In this document: positions 26,490-36,063 of the stretch, one piece after another | Position numbering within the stretch: position 1 is the stretch's first letter | Layout of the letters: each line of letters begins with the position of its first letter | Source of the DNA: Flavobacteriales bacterium | Lineage (GTDB): Bacteria; Bacteroidota; Bacteroidia; Flavobacteriales; Flavobacteriaceae | NCBI GenBank assembly: GCA_038241955.1 | Contig: JBBSSR010000008.1 | Span: 55,655-119,654 of the forward strand | Reading direction: 5' to 3' | DNA length: 64,000 nt | Notes under the pieces: generated by a model | Told to the model about the DNA's origin: nothing | What the model saw: the letters and a program-made list of their open reading frames with translations, nothing else | Databases searched by the model: none | Made by a program: the position numbers and the translations under genes

Positions 26490-27506
26490 ATGAAAGGCGT
26501 ATTATTAGTAAACTTAGGTTCTCCAGAAAGTCCAACTCCAAAAGATGTAAAGCCATATTTAGATGAGTTTTTAATGGATAAATACGTAATAGATGTTCCG
26601 TTTTTATTAAGAGCATTGTTGGTACGTGGAATTATTCTTAGAACTAGACCCAAAAAATCAGCCGCCGCTTACGCAAAAATATGGTGGGATGAAGGTTCAC
26701 CACTTGTCGTTATTTCAAAAAGAATGCACGAAAAAGTAAAACCTTTGGTAAACGTTCCTGTTGCTTTGGCGATGCGTTACGGAAATCCTTCTATGCTTGC
26801 AGGACTTCAAGAATTGCACGACAAAGGAGTAAATGAAGTGATGCTTTTCCCTTTGTATCCACAACATGCCATGGCTTCTACTACAACAATACTAGTTTTA
26901 GCCGAAGAATTGCGTAAAAAGCATTTCCCAGAAATGAAATTTACCATTGTTCCCGCCTTTTATAACAAACCAGATTATATAAAAAATGTAGCTGATTCTA
27001 TTAAAAAGAGCTTAGAAACTTTTGAATACGATCATCTTTTGTTTTCGTATCACGGTATTCCGGAACGACATATTCGTAAAACGGATGTAACCAAATCACA
27101 TTGCAAAATAGATGGGTCTTGCTGCAACACACCATCACCAGCACATGAATTTTGCTACCGCCACCAATGTTATGAAACGACCAAACAAGTTGTAAAACTA
27201 TTGGGAATTCCTGAAGGTAAATACAGCCAAACTTTTCAGTCACGATTGGCGGGTGACAAATGGCTCACACCTTATACTGATGTTGAAATAAACAAAATGC
27301 CAGAAAAGGGAATTAAGAGTTTAGCCGTAGTAACGCCAGCATTTGTTTCGGATTGTTTAGAAACACTCGAAGAAATCGCCATGGAAGCCAACCACCAATT
27401 CAAAGAAAATGGAGGCGAAAACTTCTTCGCAGTTCCTTGCTTGAATGATAGTGACGAATGGTGTCAAACAGTTGGAAATTGGATAAATGAGTGGGTTGGA
27501 AATTAA
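26490..27506 (+). CDS. hemH: Ferrochelatase
   Basis: GVLLVNLGSP, GSPL, LYPQH, FSYHGIP, FQSR..WLTPYT, FVSDCLETLEEI. Confidence 0.97.
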   Translation: MKGVLLVNLGSPESPTPKDVKPYLDEFLMDKYVIDVPFLLRALLVRGIILRTRPKKSAAAYAKIWWDEGSPLVVISKRMHEKVKPLVNVPVALAMRYGNPSMLAGLQELHDKGVNEVMLFPLYPQHAMASTTTILVLAEELRKKHFPEMKFTIVPAFYNKPDYIKNVADSIKKSLETFEYDHLLFSYHGIPERHIRKTDVTKSHCKIDGSCCNTPSPAHEFCYRHQCYETTKQVVKLLGIPEGKYSQTFQSRLAGDKWLTPYTDVEINKMPEKGIKSLAVVTPAFVSDCLETLEEIAMEANHQFKENGGENFFAVPCLNDSDEWCQTVGNWINEWVGN

Positions 27507-27542
27507 ACTCACTTTCAACTGATGTAGTTTTTAACGCATTTA

Positions 27543-27614
27543 TAAACTAAATCGTCATTAAGTTTAGTTTGTTTAGTTTTTTTAAACTAGCTTTTAATTA
27601 AGTTTAGTTTTTTG
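27543..27614. repeat. ~40-bp tandem duplication upstream of fic
   Basis: attaagtttagttt at 27557-27570 and 27597-27610, each preceded by taaacta(a/g). Confidence 0.55.
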
Positions 27615-27645
27615 ACGAATACCTATACTTAACTAATTATTAGTC

Positions 27646-27653
27646 TATATTTG
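27646..27653 (+). promoter_or_regulatory. -7 promoter element (TATATTTG) for fic
   Basis: TAnnTTTG 20 nt upstream of ATG 27674; no clear -33 box. Confidence 0.5.
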
Positions 27654-27673
27654 CAAAAAGAAAATATTACAAA

Positions 27674-28801
27674 ATGAATTCATTTGTAGCTGGAAAATAT
27701 ATAAATCAAGGATATTACAAAAGTTTTCAACCTAACTTTATTAATAGAGATTGGCAAATTGATGACATGGCAGTCCTCCAGTTATTAAGCAAGGCGGATC
27801 GCTTTTTAGGAAGACTGGATATGTATTCCGAATATGTAAATATTGACTTATTTATTCGAATGCACATTGCCAAAGAAGCGACTCAGTCTTCAAAAATTGA
27901 GGGAACGCAAACCAATGTAGAAGAAGTTTTTTTTAATAAAGATGAAATATCTGAAGAAAAAAGAAATGATTGGGAAGAAGTTCAAAATTATATAAATGCA
28001 ATGAATGAAGCTGTAAGATTATTGCATACTTTACCATTCTCATCAAGATTGATCAAGCAAACACATAATATTTTATTACAGGGAGTAAGAGGAAAACAAA
28101 AACTACCAGGAGAATATAGAACAAGTCAAAACTGGATAGGTGGAGCAAGTATAAATGATGCAGTTTTTATTCCCCCAAATTTTACAGATATTAATGAACT
28201 AATGTCGGATTTAGAAAAATTTGCTAATGACGAACTAAATCCACTACCTGATTTAATAAAAATCGCAATAATTCATTTTCAATTCGAAACTATCCATCCA
28301 TTTTTAGATGGAAACGGTAGAGTTGGTAGGTTGCTTATAACGTTATATCTAGTTGATAAAGGAATTTTAAAACAACCTATCCTTTATTTGTCTGATTTTT
28401 TTGAAAGAAATAGGATGCTTTATTATGACAATCTAACCAGAGCAAGAACCCATAATGATATTAATCAATGGTTAAAGTTTTTTTTGACTGGTGTGATTGA
28501 GATTGCAAAAAATGGCGTTGAAACTTTTAACGGAATTATGCAGCTGCAAAAAAATCTTGATCTTAAATTAAAAACATTAGGTATTAGAAGAGTAGAAGCT
28601 CAAAAAATAATAGATTTTTTATACACAAACCCAGTACTTGATGCTTCTAAAGTTGGAAAAATAATAGGCAAATCAAAAGCAACTCATTATAAATTGATTG
28701 CCGATTTAGAAAAATTAGAGATACTAAAAGAAATATCTGGCACACAAAGAAATAAACTATATGTTTTTAAAGACTATTTAGATTTATTTAATAATAATTA
28801 A
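27674..28801 (+). CDS. Fic family protein (class II, N-terminal autoinhibitory motif, C-terminal HTH)
   Basis: Canonical HPFLDGNGRVGR; SSKIEG inhibitory (S/T)xxxE(G/N) motif. Confidence 0.92.
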   Translation: MNSFVAGKYINQGYYKSFQPNFINRDWQIDDMAVLQLLSKADRFLGRLDMYSEYVNIDLFIRMHIAKEATQSSKIEGTQTNVEEVFFNKDEISEEKRNDWEEVQNYINAMNEAVRLLHTLPFSSRLIKQTHNILLQGVRGKQKLPGEYRTSQNWIGGASINDAVFIPPNFTDINELMSDLEKFANDELNPLPDLIKIAIIHFQFETIHPFLDGNGRVGRLLITLYLVDKGILKQPILYLSDFFERNRMLYYDNLTRARTHNDINQWLKFFLTGVIEIAKNGVETFNGIMQLQKNLDLKLKTLGIRRVEAQKIIDFLYTNPVLDASKVGKIIGKSKATHYKLIADLEKLEILKEISGTQRNKLYVFKDYLDLFNNN

Positions 28802-28810
28802 TTTTAAATT

Positions 28811-29359
28811 ATGTACGAATACCTAAAATCCCTGCACCTCATCTTTGTGATTACTTGGTTCGCCGGACTTTTTTATATAGTGCGTTTGTTTGTATACCAA
28901 ATTGAAGCTGCTGGTAAACCGTCACCAGAAAAAGAAATTTTGCAAAAACAATACAAAATAATGACGTACCGCTTATGGTACATTATCACTTGGCCATCTG
29001 CGGTTTTGGCTAGTATTTTTGCTTTTTGGATGTTGTTTTTTACTCCCATGGGAAATGCTTGGTTGCAAATGCCTTGGATGCACGTAAAACTTGGCTTTGT
29101 TTTTGTGTTGTATTTATATCATTTAAAATGTCAGCAAATTTTTAGTCAATTACAAAGAGACGAAGTAAAATACACCACCAATTTTATGCGCTTGTGGAAC
29201 GAAGTTGCCACAATTATACTGTTTGCAGTTGTTTTTTTAGTAATCTTAAAAAATGCTGTCAATTGGATTTATGGCGTCGTTGGTATCTTTTTGTTTTCGA
29301 TTACTATTATGTTAGGTTTTAAATTTTATAAAAAAATTAGAGAGCGAAATAAATCGTAG
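28811..29359 (+). CDS. hemJ: Protoporphyrinogen IX oxidase HemJ (CopD-like family)
   Basis: LKSLHLIFVITWFAGLFYIVRLFVY, WMHVKL, RLWNEVAT. Confidence 0.88.
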   Translation: MYEYLKSLHLIFVITWFAGLFYIVRLFVYQIEAAGKPSPEKEILQKQYKIMTYRLWYIITWPSAVLASIFAFWMLFFTPMGNAWLQMPWMHVKLGFVFVLYLYHLKCQQIFSQLQRDEVKYTTNFMRLWNEVATIILFAVVFLVILKNAVNWIYGVVGIFLFSITIMLGFKFYKKIRERNKS

Positions 29360-29361
29360 TT

Positions 29362-30834
29362 ATGTTTAAAAACCTCAAGGTTCCCATGTTTTCTTTGCGC
29401 ATAAGAATTTTTATGTCAATGATTATTTTAATTATCGTGGCTTCCTTTTTGTTGTTAAGTATTTCTATCATCCAATACAAGAGCGTAGCTAAAGAATACA
29501 ATCAAAAACGAGTAGAAAACAAAGAGTATTTTGTAAAAAAGCATATCAATTACATGCTTTCGAATTCTACCTATCCGCTGACTAGCGAAAATATTAAAAT
29601 AATTTTCAAGGATAAAATTAACGAAGTATCTGACATACAAAATGCTGAAATAAACATCTACACCTTAGATGGCGAATTAATTAAATCATCCAAAGAAGCC
29701 TTTTCTGTAGAGAAAAAATCACCTGCAATTCCAAAATTTATTTTAAGGCTTGTTATGTCTTCTATTAACAAGCGATATGTAGACGTTAAGACCATTAATG
29801 GAATTAAATACCGCTCTTCTTATAGCCTTATAAAGAACAAAAAATTCAAACCCATTGGTATACTGCTTCTACCCAACATTCCCGATGACGGATATTACGA
29901 AAAAGAACTGAACAATTTTCTTATTCATTTGGCACAAGTGTACACCTTTATGATTATTGTGGCTTTTGCTTTGGCTTATTTTTTATCTGCTTTTATTACC
30001 AAGCCTATCAATGATTTTGCCGAAAAATTGAGCGAAACCAGCTTAAAGCAAAAAAATGAAAAGATTCCATTTTCGGCCAGAATTAAAGAAATAAACATGC
30101 TGTTAGTAGCTTATAACAGAATGATTGAAGAACTAGAACGTAACGCCATTAAATTGGCACAGAACGAACGCGACTTGGCTTGGCGTGAAATGGCGAAGCA
30201 AGTGGCACACGAGATTAAAAATCCGCTTACTCCTATGAGATTGACCGTACAGAGTTTTCAAAGGAAATTCAATCCTGAAGATGCACATATAAAACAAAAA
30301 TTAAATGATTTTTCGGACTCTTTAATTCAGCAAATAGATACCATGAATTCGGTTGCTTCTGCATTTTCTAGTTTTGCCTCCATGCCATCTCAACAAAATG
30401 AGGTCTTGAATGTAGTTGAAGTTGTAGAATTAACTTTGGACATTTTTAATGAGGACTACATAGTATTTGAAAGTCAAGAAGAAGAAATTGTTTCGAAAAT
30501 GGATCGTACACAACTCATTAGGGTCATAACAAACCTAGTTAAAAATGCCACCCAGGCCATACCGGAGAACCAAAAGTATAAGCTCGTTTTAGTGACCATA
30601 AAAAGAATCGAAAATCAAGTAGAGATCACTATTAAAGACAACGGAATTGGTATTCAAAGACATAATATCGAAAATATATTCGAACCTAAATTCACCACCA
30701 AAAGCAGCGGTATGGGTTTAGGCTTAGGAATTATAAAAAATATCATAGAAAACTACAATGGAACTATTACCTTTGAAACAGAATTTGGAAAAGGAACTGC
30801 TTTTACTGTAATTCTACCCATAATTAACTCATAA
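29362..30834 (+). CDS. Membrane sensor histidine kinase (HAMP-HisKA-HATPase)
   Basis: MAKQVAHEIKNPLTP H-box, NLVKNA, DNGIG, FTTKSSGMGLGL. Confidence 0.93.
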   Translation: MFKNLKVPMFSLRIRIFMSMIILIIVASFLLLSISIIQYKSVAKEYNQKRVENKEYFVKKHINYMLSNSTYPLTSENIKIIFKDKINEVSDIQNAEINIYTLDGELIKSSKEAFSVEKKSPAIPKFILRLVMSSINKRYVDVKTINGIKYRSSYSLIKNKKFKPIGILLLPNIPDDGYYEKELNNFLIHLAQVYTFMIIVAFALAYFLSAFITKPINDFAEKLSETSLKQKNEKIPFSARIKEINMLLVAYNRMIEELERNAIKLAQNERDLAWREMAKQVAHEIKNPLTPMRLTVQSFQRKFNPEDAHIKQKLNDFSDSLIQQIDTMNSVASAFSSFASMPSQQNEVLNVVEVVELTLDIFNEDYIVFESQEEEIVSKMDRTQLIRVITNLVKNATQAIPENQKYKLVLVTIKRIENQVEITIKDNGIGIQRHNIENIFEPKFTTKSSGMGLGLGIIKNIIENYNGTITFETEFGKGTAFTVILPIINS

Positions 30835-30843
30835 TATTCTAAA

Positions 30844-31626
30844 ATGAACTACGAAAATCTCTTAATTACAATAGAAAATAACATTGCAACTGTGGTTATC
30901 AATCGCCCTACAAAACTAAATGCGTTGAACATTGCAACCATAAAAGAGTTGCATACAGCGCTTAAAGGATTAAGTAAAAACGAAGCTGTTAGAGTGATTG
31001 TTTTAACAGGAAGTGGCGAAAAGGCATTTGTTGCGGGCGCTGACATCTCCGAATTTGCTCATTTTACAAGTGTAGAAGGAACTCAACTTGCGTTTCAAGG
31101 ACAAGTGCTGTTATTTAACTTTATAGAAAACTTAAAGACTCCTGTGATTGCAGCCGTTAATGGCTTTGCACTAGGTGGTGGTTTAGAACTTGCTATGGCG
31201 TGTCATTTTAGAGTAGCGTCCGAAAATGCCAAAATGGGTCTGCCGGAAGTTTCTCTTGGAGTTATTCCAGGATACGGAGGAACACAACGTTTGCCACAAC
31301 TTGTTGGTAAAGGACGTGCTATGGAGATGATTATGACAGCAGGAATGATAACAGCTGATGAAGCCAAACAATTTGGATTAGTTAATCACGTCGTACTGCA
31401 AACAGAACTCTTAGCGTTTTGCTATACCATTGCTCAAAAAATAATAAATAATTCTCCTTTTGCAATTGGTAAAGCGATAAAATCAATAAATGCCAATTTT
31501 GTAGACGGAAAAAACGGTTATGATATCGAAATTAAGAATTTTGGAAAGTGTTTTGGTACCGAAGACTTTAGCGAAGGAACTAAAGCGTTTTTAGAGAAAA
31601 GAAAAGCTGTTTTTACGGGAAAATAA
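30844..31626 (+). CDS. Enoyl-CoA hydratase/isomerase family protein
   Basis: AFVAGADI, GFALGGGLELAMAC, PEVSLGVIPGYGGTQRL. Confidence 0.93.
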   Translation: MNYENLLITIENNIATVVINRPTKLNALNIATIKELHTALKGLSKNEAVRVIVLTGSGEKAFVAGADISEFAHFTSVEGTQLAFQGQVLLFNFIENLKTPVIAAVNGFALGGGLELAMACHFRVASENAKMGLPEVSLGVIPGYGGTQRLPQLVGKGRAMEMIMTAGMITADEAKQFGLVNHVVLQTELLAFCYTIAQKIINNSPFAIGKAIKSINANFVDGKNGYDIEIKNFGKCFGTEDFSEGTKAFLEKRKAVFTGK

Positions 31627-31765
31627 AGAGGAAGTTGGCAGTGGTCAGATTGCAGTTTCAGATTGCAGATAATGGAGGCTTATTACTGTTCTAAGTTACT
31701 TTACAATTAAAACAATATACACTTGGAAGTTTGTTTCCAATAACAATCATCAAAAAAAATAAATT

Positions 31766-32161
31766 ATGTCCTTTCAACCTGTATTTGCTGAATTTTGGGA
31801 AAAAGTAAAAGAGAGCATTGCCAATAAAACGTATGCCAAATTGACTTTGGCTAAAACTATTGGTGATACTGAACTGAAAAACATTTACGTGCGTCCTGTC
31901 TTAAACGACGGTATTTTTAGCCTTTCGATTATGGCGCGATACAAAACCGAAGAAATAGAAAGTTTTCATACACTTGATGAAGCCTTTATTGTGTTGGCTC
32001 CTTATATGAATAATCCATTTTTGACAGCACTTTTATTTACAACAGAAAATGACATCACCTTTAAATTAAATAAAAAACGTGTTGCAAGTATTATTGAACA
32101 ACATCCAACTTTTAAAAATGCTTCGGATGTGATTTTGGAGATGAAGGAGAAGGGGCTTTAG
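31766..32161 (+). CDS. Hypothetical protein
   Basis: 131-aa ORF with A-rich start context; no recognised catalytic motif. Confidence 0.7.
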   Translation: MSFQPVFAEFWEKVKESIANKTYAKLTLAKTIGDTELKNIYVRPVLNDGIFSLSIMARYKTEEIESFHTLDEAFIVLAPYMNNPFLTALLFTTENDITFKLNKKRVASIIEQHPTFKNASDVILEMKEKGL

Positions 32162-32294
32162 TTTGCAGTGTTCAGTCTTGAGGCGGCAGAATGCAGATTT
32201 AAGTTGTGATCTTAATGTAAATTAATTATTTCAACGCAGTAGTCTATTGTGTTGTAATTAAAGATGTTATCAAAAATAAACAATGTTTCTCACT

Positions 32295-32364
32295 AGCCCC
32301 GATCGCAGTGATATCCTTTACTTTTTTTCTTTAAAAAAGTAGAGATAAAACGAAGAGCGGGAAA
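32295..32364. repeat. Intergenic hairpin repeat (AGCCCCGATCGCAGTG...GAGCGGG type)
   Basis: Outer cccg/cggg arms, inner tactttttt/aaaaaagta stem; lies between convergent genes; partial relative at 6814-6870. Confidence 0.5.
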
Positions 32365-32438
32365 CATGCTTACTGAAAATTACTATTGATTTGGTCCTAA
32401 AAAAAATCTAAATCAGTTAAATTTCTAGATACGAGTCA

Positions 32439-33092
32439 CTATAATTCCCCGTCCCATTCGGCGTAAAATTGTGCTAGGAAACCTTGCATGTACTTGTGTC
32501 TTTGTAGCGCAATCTCTTTTCCTGTTTCGGTATTCATTTTGTCTTTTAGCAACAGTAATTTTTCGTAAAAGTGATTGATTGTCGGGGCTTGACTGTTTTT
32601 ATAAACTTCTTTGGTCATGTTTAAGTTGGGTGCAATGTTAGGATCGTGTAATAATCTATTCTTGAACCCACCATAATTGAACGCGCGTGCGATACCAATC
32701 GCGCCTATTGCGTCTAAGCGATCCGCATCCTGAACGATATCTAGTTCTATTGACGAGAAGGTTCTTTCGGTTTTTCCGCCCTTAAAAGAGATGTTATTTA
32801 TAATCTGGATAACATGTGCAATTACTTCTTCCGGAGCGGCTTCTTTTTCTAAAAATTCGCGGGCAATTCTAGGGCCTACTGTTTCATCACCGCCATGAAA
32901 TTTACTGTCGGCAATATCATGAAGCAAAGCGCCAAGTTTTACAACATCTTCATCGCAGGTTTCGTTAATAGCGATCAGCAATGCATTTCGATACACTCTC
33001 TGGATGTGAAACCAATCGTGCCCGCTCTCGGCGTTTGCTAATTTTTCTTTTACAAAAAGTATTGTCTTGTTTACTAAATCTGGATTAATCAT
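32439..33092 (-). CDS. HD domain phosphohydrolase
   Basis: GHDWFHIQRV, LLHDIAD, VQDADRLDAIGA. Confidence 0.9.
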   Translation of the reverse strand: MINPDLVNKTILFVKEKLANAESGHDWFHIQRVYRNALLIAINETCDEDVVKLGALLHDIADSKFHGGDETVGPRIAREFLEKEAAPEEVIAHVIQIINNISFKGGKTERTFSSIELDIVQDADRLDAIGAIGIARAFNYGGFKNRLLHDPNIAPNLNMTKEVYKNSQAPTINHFYEKLLLLKDKMNTETGKEIALQRHKYMQGFLAQFYAEWDGEL

Positions 33093-33256
33093 GTGTTGTT
33101 TATTTGTACAAAAAAGCTGATTTTTAAAGTCTAAGCCTCAAAAATCAGCAATTTCAATATATTAAAAAATCAATTTCAATTTGAATGGGAAAATTGTTAA
33201 TTCTAAATTAATAATCCGTTGTAACAAATCTGAAATCTAAATCTGCATTGTAAAAT

Positions 33257-34243
33257 CTATAATCTCGCTGGTTCTACCCATTTAAACTGAAAAGATTCGG
33301 AAGGAATAACTAATCTTTCAGAGATTCTTGCCATTCTAGCAGGCAATTTCATTAAATAATCACGTGCTTTCTCGGCTTCATCAGTCAAGCCTGAAAATTT
33401 ATCTATTTCCCATTTCTCTATTAGTTTTTGCATGATATCTACATAATCACTGGCTGTATATACACCAATACGTTGCGCAGAATCTGAAAAATGTTCAAAA
33501 GCGGAACTAATTTTATTTCCTGATTCCCTCAAGAAATGAGCGGGCATCACAATTTTGGCTTTCATCATGTATTGAAAAGCAAGCATCATTTCGCTTGGAT
33601 CAATTTTGAATATTTCGGTGACAAATTGACTATACGCATGATGATGACGCATTTCGTCACCAGCAATCATTTTGCACATTTTAGCCAATTTCTTATCGCC
33701 ATAGCTTTTAGCTAGTTGTGAAACACGATTGTGCGAAACATAAGTAGCTAATTCTTGGAAAGAAGTATAAATAAAGTTTTTGTAAGGATCTCTACCGGTT
33801 CCGATATCAAAACCATCGTTGATTAAATGCTGTGTAGTCATTTCGATTTCGCGCATGTTGACGCGACCGGATAAATACAAGTATTTATTTAGTAAATCAC
33901 CATGACGGTTTTCTTCACCTGTCCATTGGCGAACCCATTTGGCCCAACCATTTCTTTCTAAATTATCGACTCCCTCAACTTCCATTAACCAATTTTCGTA
34001 AGTAGGTAAAGCTTCCTCGGTGATCATATCTCCAACCATCGCTACCCAAAAATCATAAGGTAAATCTTTTGATATCTCTCTAAGTTCTTTTACTTCCTCC
34101 AAAAAGTTATCACTTTCAGAATTAGGTAAAAAGTCCGATGGCTGCCAAATTTCTTCTACTGGTATTAGGTATTGATCAACAAAACCATCAACCTTATTTT
34201 CTAGAAATTGCATTACTTCTAGACGAATGTTCTTTATAGACAT
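33257..34243 (-). CDS. Acyl-ACP desaturase (soluble di-iron, DesA-like)
   Basis: ITEEALPTY, EENRHGD, YTSFQE, DEMRHH di-iron motifs. Confidence 0.92.
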   Translation of the reverse strand: MSIKNIRLEVMQFLENKVDGFVDQYLIPVEEIWQPSDFLPNSESDNFLEEVKELREISKDLPYDFWVAMVGDMITEEALPTYENWLMEVEGVDNLERNGWAKWVRQWTGEENRHGDLLNKYLYLSGRVNMREIEMTTQHLINDGFDIGTGRDPYKNFIYTSFQELATYVSHNRVSQLAKSYGDKKLAKMCKMIAGDEMRHHHAYSQFVTEIFKIDPSEMMLAFQYMMKAKIVMPAHFLRESGNKISSAFEHFSDSAQRIGVYTASDYVDIMQKLIEKWEIDKFSGLTDEAEKARDYLMKLPARMARISERLVIPSESFQFKWVEPARL

Positions 34244-34255
34244 TTTATTTAAATA

Positions 34256-34990
34256 TTAAATTTTTATTCCTTTTACAATTGCTGCTTCTGTTTGTTCCAT
34301 GATTGTGGCAAAATCGTGCTCTTTAACAGCGATTGCTTCATGAATTACAAAGGTAATGCGATTTCCTAAACCATAGGGAAAAGATCCATATTTTACGAGT
34401 TTCCACGAGTTATTTATGCTTATTGGCACCACATAAGCAGAAGGTGCATACTTGCACAAGATTTTCAATCCACTTTGTGCGAATTGCTTTGGCTTTCCAT
34501 CTTTACTTCTTGTCCCTTCTGGGAAAATTACCGCCGATCTTTTATTTTTTTCTATGTACTCTGATAGTCGCTTTATTGCCGGAATTGCCTGTTTCGGGTC
34601 TTTCCTATCAATTACAACAGAGCCGCCGTGACGCAAATTAAATGACACGCTAGGTATTCCTTTCCCTAACTCTTTCTTGCTTACAAACTTGGGATGAAAG
34701 GCTCTTAAGAACCAAAACATTGCAATAATATCATACAAGCTCTGGTGATTGGCAACAAAAATAATAGGCACTCCTTTAGGAATACGCTCTCTGTTAGAAA
34801 TACTGAAAGTAGTACCCAATAAATGAACAATTCTTAATAGCACTAAATTAAGGTAATCGACACTTTTCTTATGTGCTTGATATCCAAAAACGTTCAAACA
34901 AACCCATTGAATAGGATGGAAAACGACTAGCACTAATAATATAAGACTTAAAACGATAAAAGATAAGGGATACGAAATTAACTTTTGCAT
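34256..34990 (-). CDS. Lysophospholipid acyltransferase (PlsC-like)
   Basis: NHQSLYD (NHxxxxD), IFPEGTRS. Confidence 0.9.
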   Translation of the reverse strand: MQKLISYPLSFIVLSLILLVLVVFHPIQWVCLNVFGYQAHKKSVDYLNLVLLRIVHLLGTTFSISNRERIPKGVPIIFVANHQSLYDIIAMFWFLRAFHPKFVSKKELGKGIPSVSFNLRHGGSVVIDRKDPKQAIPAIKRLSEYIEKNKRSAVIFPEGTRSKDGKPKQFAQSGLKILCKYAPSAYVVPISINNSWKLVKYGSFPYGLGNRITFVIHEAIAVKEHDFATIMEQTEAAIVKGIKI

Positions 34991-35172
34991 ACTATCAAAT
35001 TTAGAACAAAAGTAAGAAATATATTTTTAGGAGTATTTATATCAAAAAAATTAATAACACAAACAACACCTTGTTGAAATACAATGTTTTAGAAATTGTT
35101 TCAAAATTTAATGGAGTATCTAGATCGAAAATCGTTTCAAAAAAAGAGTCACAATTGCAGTAAACTATCCTA

Positions 35173-35202
35173 TTGTATGGCAAAACATAAATTGTACCTT
35201 TG
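35173..35202 (+). promoter_or_regulatory. Bacteroidota housekeeping promoter for rnpA
   Basis: TTG (35173-35175) - N19 - TACCTTTG (35195-35202). Confidence 0.65.
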
Positions 35203-35226
35203 AAACCTGATACCATTTATTATAAA

Positions 35227-35613
35227 ATGAATTTTACTTATCCCAAAAACGAAAAACTCAAAAGCAAAATCGCAATAGGATTATTATTTACTGAAGGCAA
35301 GTCGGTTTCTAAGTATCCGTTGCGTTTGGTTTATAATACAGGGACTTTTGGGGAGGGAGAAAAAATAAAAATAGGCGTTTCAGTATCCAAAAAGAATTTC
35401 AAGAAAGCCGTAGACCGCAACTATTTCAAACGGGTTTTGCGTGAAACATATCGCCTCAATAAACATTTACTGATTGATAATCTTGACCAAACGTATTCGT
35501 TTATGTTTTTTTACCAAAGTAAAGACCGACTTACTTACGAAGAAATCAACCGTAAAACAATTCAGTTGTTTGAGAAATTTTTGCTTCAAATCAACGCAGA
35601 GAAAAAAGTATAA
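35227..35613 (+). CDS. rnpA: Ribonuclease P protein component
   Basis: KNEKLKS, GVSVSKKNFKKAVDRNYFKRVLRETYR (RNR motif). Start at MNFTY, after the promoter. Confidence 0.92.
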   Translation: MNFTYPKNEKLKSKIAIGLLFTEGKSVSKYPLRLVYNTGTFGEGEKIKIGVSVSKKNFKKAVDRNYFKRVLRETYRLNKHLLIDNLDQTYSFMFFYQSKDRLTYEEINRKTIQLFEKFLLQINAEKKV

Positions 35614-35804
35614 AAGAAAGAGGATTTTTAATCTCTGATGAATTTATTTTTACCGCAAATAAGCATATTATTTAAATTTGAAGTTTACTAAATGGTTGTT
35701 ACTAAAAGTACAAACTAGTTCATACTTTTTTTACTTTAAGTTAAAACTAAATTAACCCGTGGACTGCAAGTACACATGAAAGACTTTAAAGCGAAATATA
35801 AAAA

Positions 35805-35949
35805 TTTAACCACATAGAATCATAGAAAAAAAAGAGTATAATACCCCTCCAGATAGCTATCGGGATTGGATTCACATAGCTCTGTTTTCTATAAATAAAG
35901 TGAAACGTCTTTCAAAACGAATACAAATCTTCTACCTATCTGGTTTAAA
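35805..35949. repeat. Degenerate MITE-like element with AACCA(C/G)ATAG inverted ends and an internal GATAGCTATC palindrome
   Basis: tttaaccacatagaatcatag (left) versus ctacctatctggtttaaa (right); gatagctatc near 35852-35861. Confidence 0.45.
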
Positions 35950-36063
35950 AAAGACAAAAAGTGAATTACGCCCAACGCGTTAAATTATAACTGAAAGCAA
36001 TAAAATACCAAACGTATTGTATTTAATTCTTATTTTAGTACAATTAAAATCAATCCCCATAAA

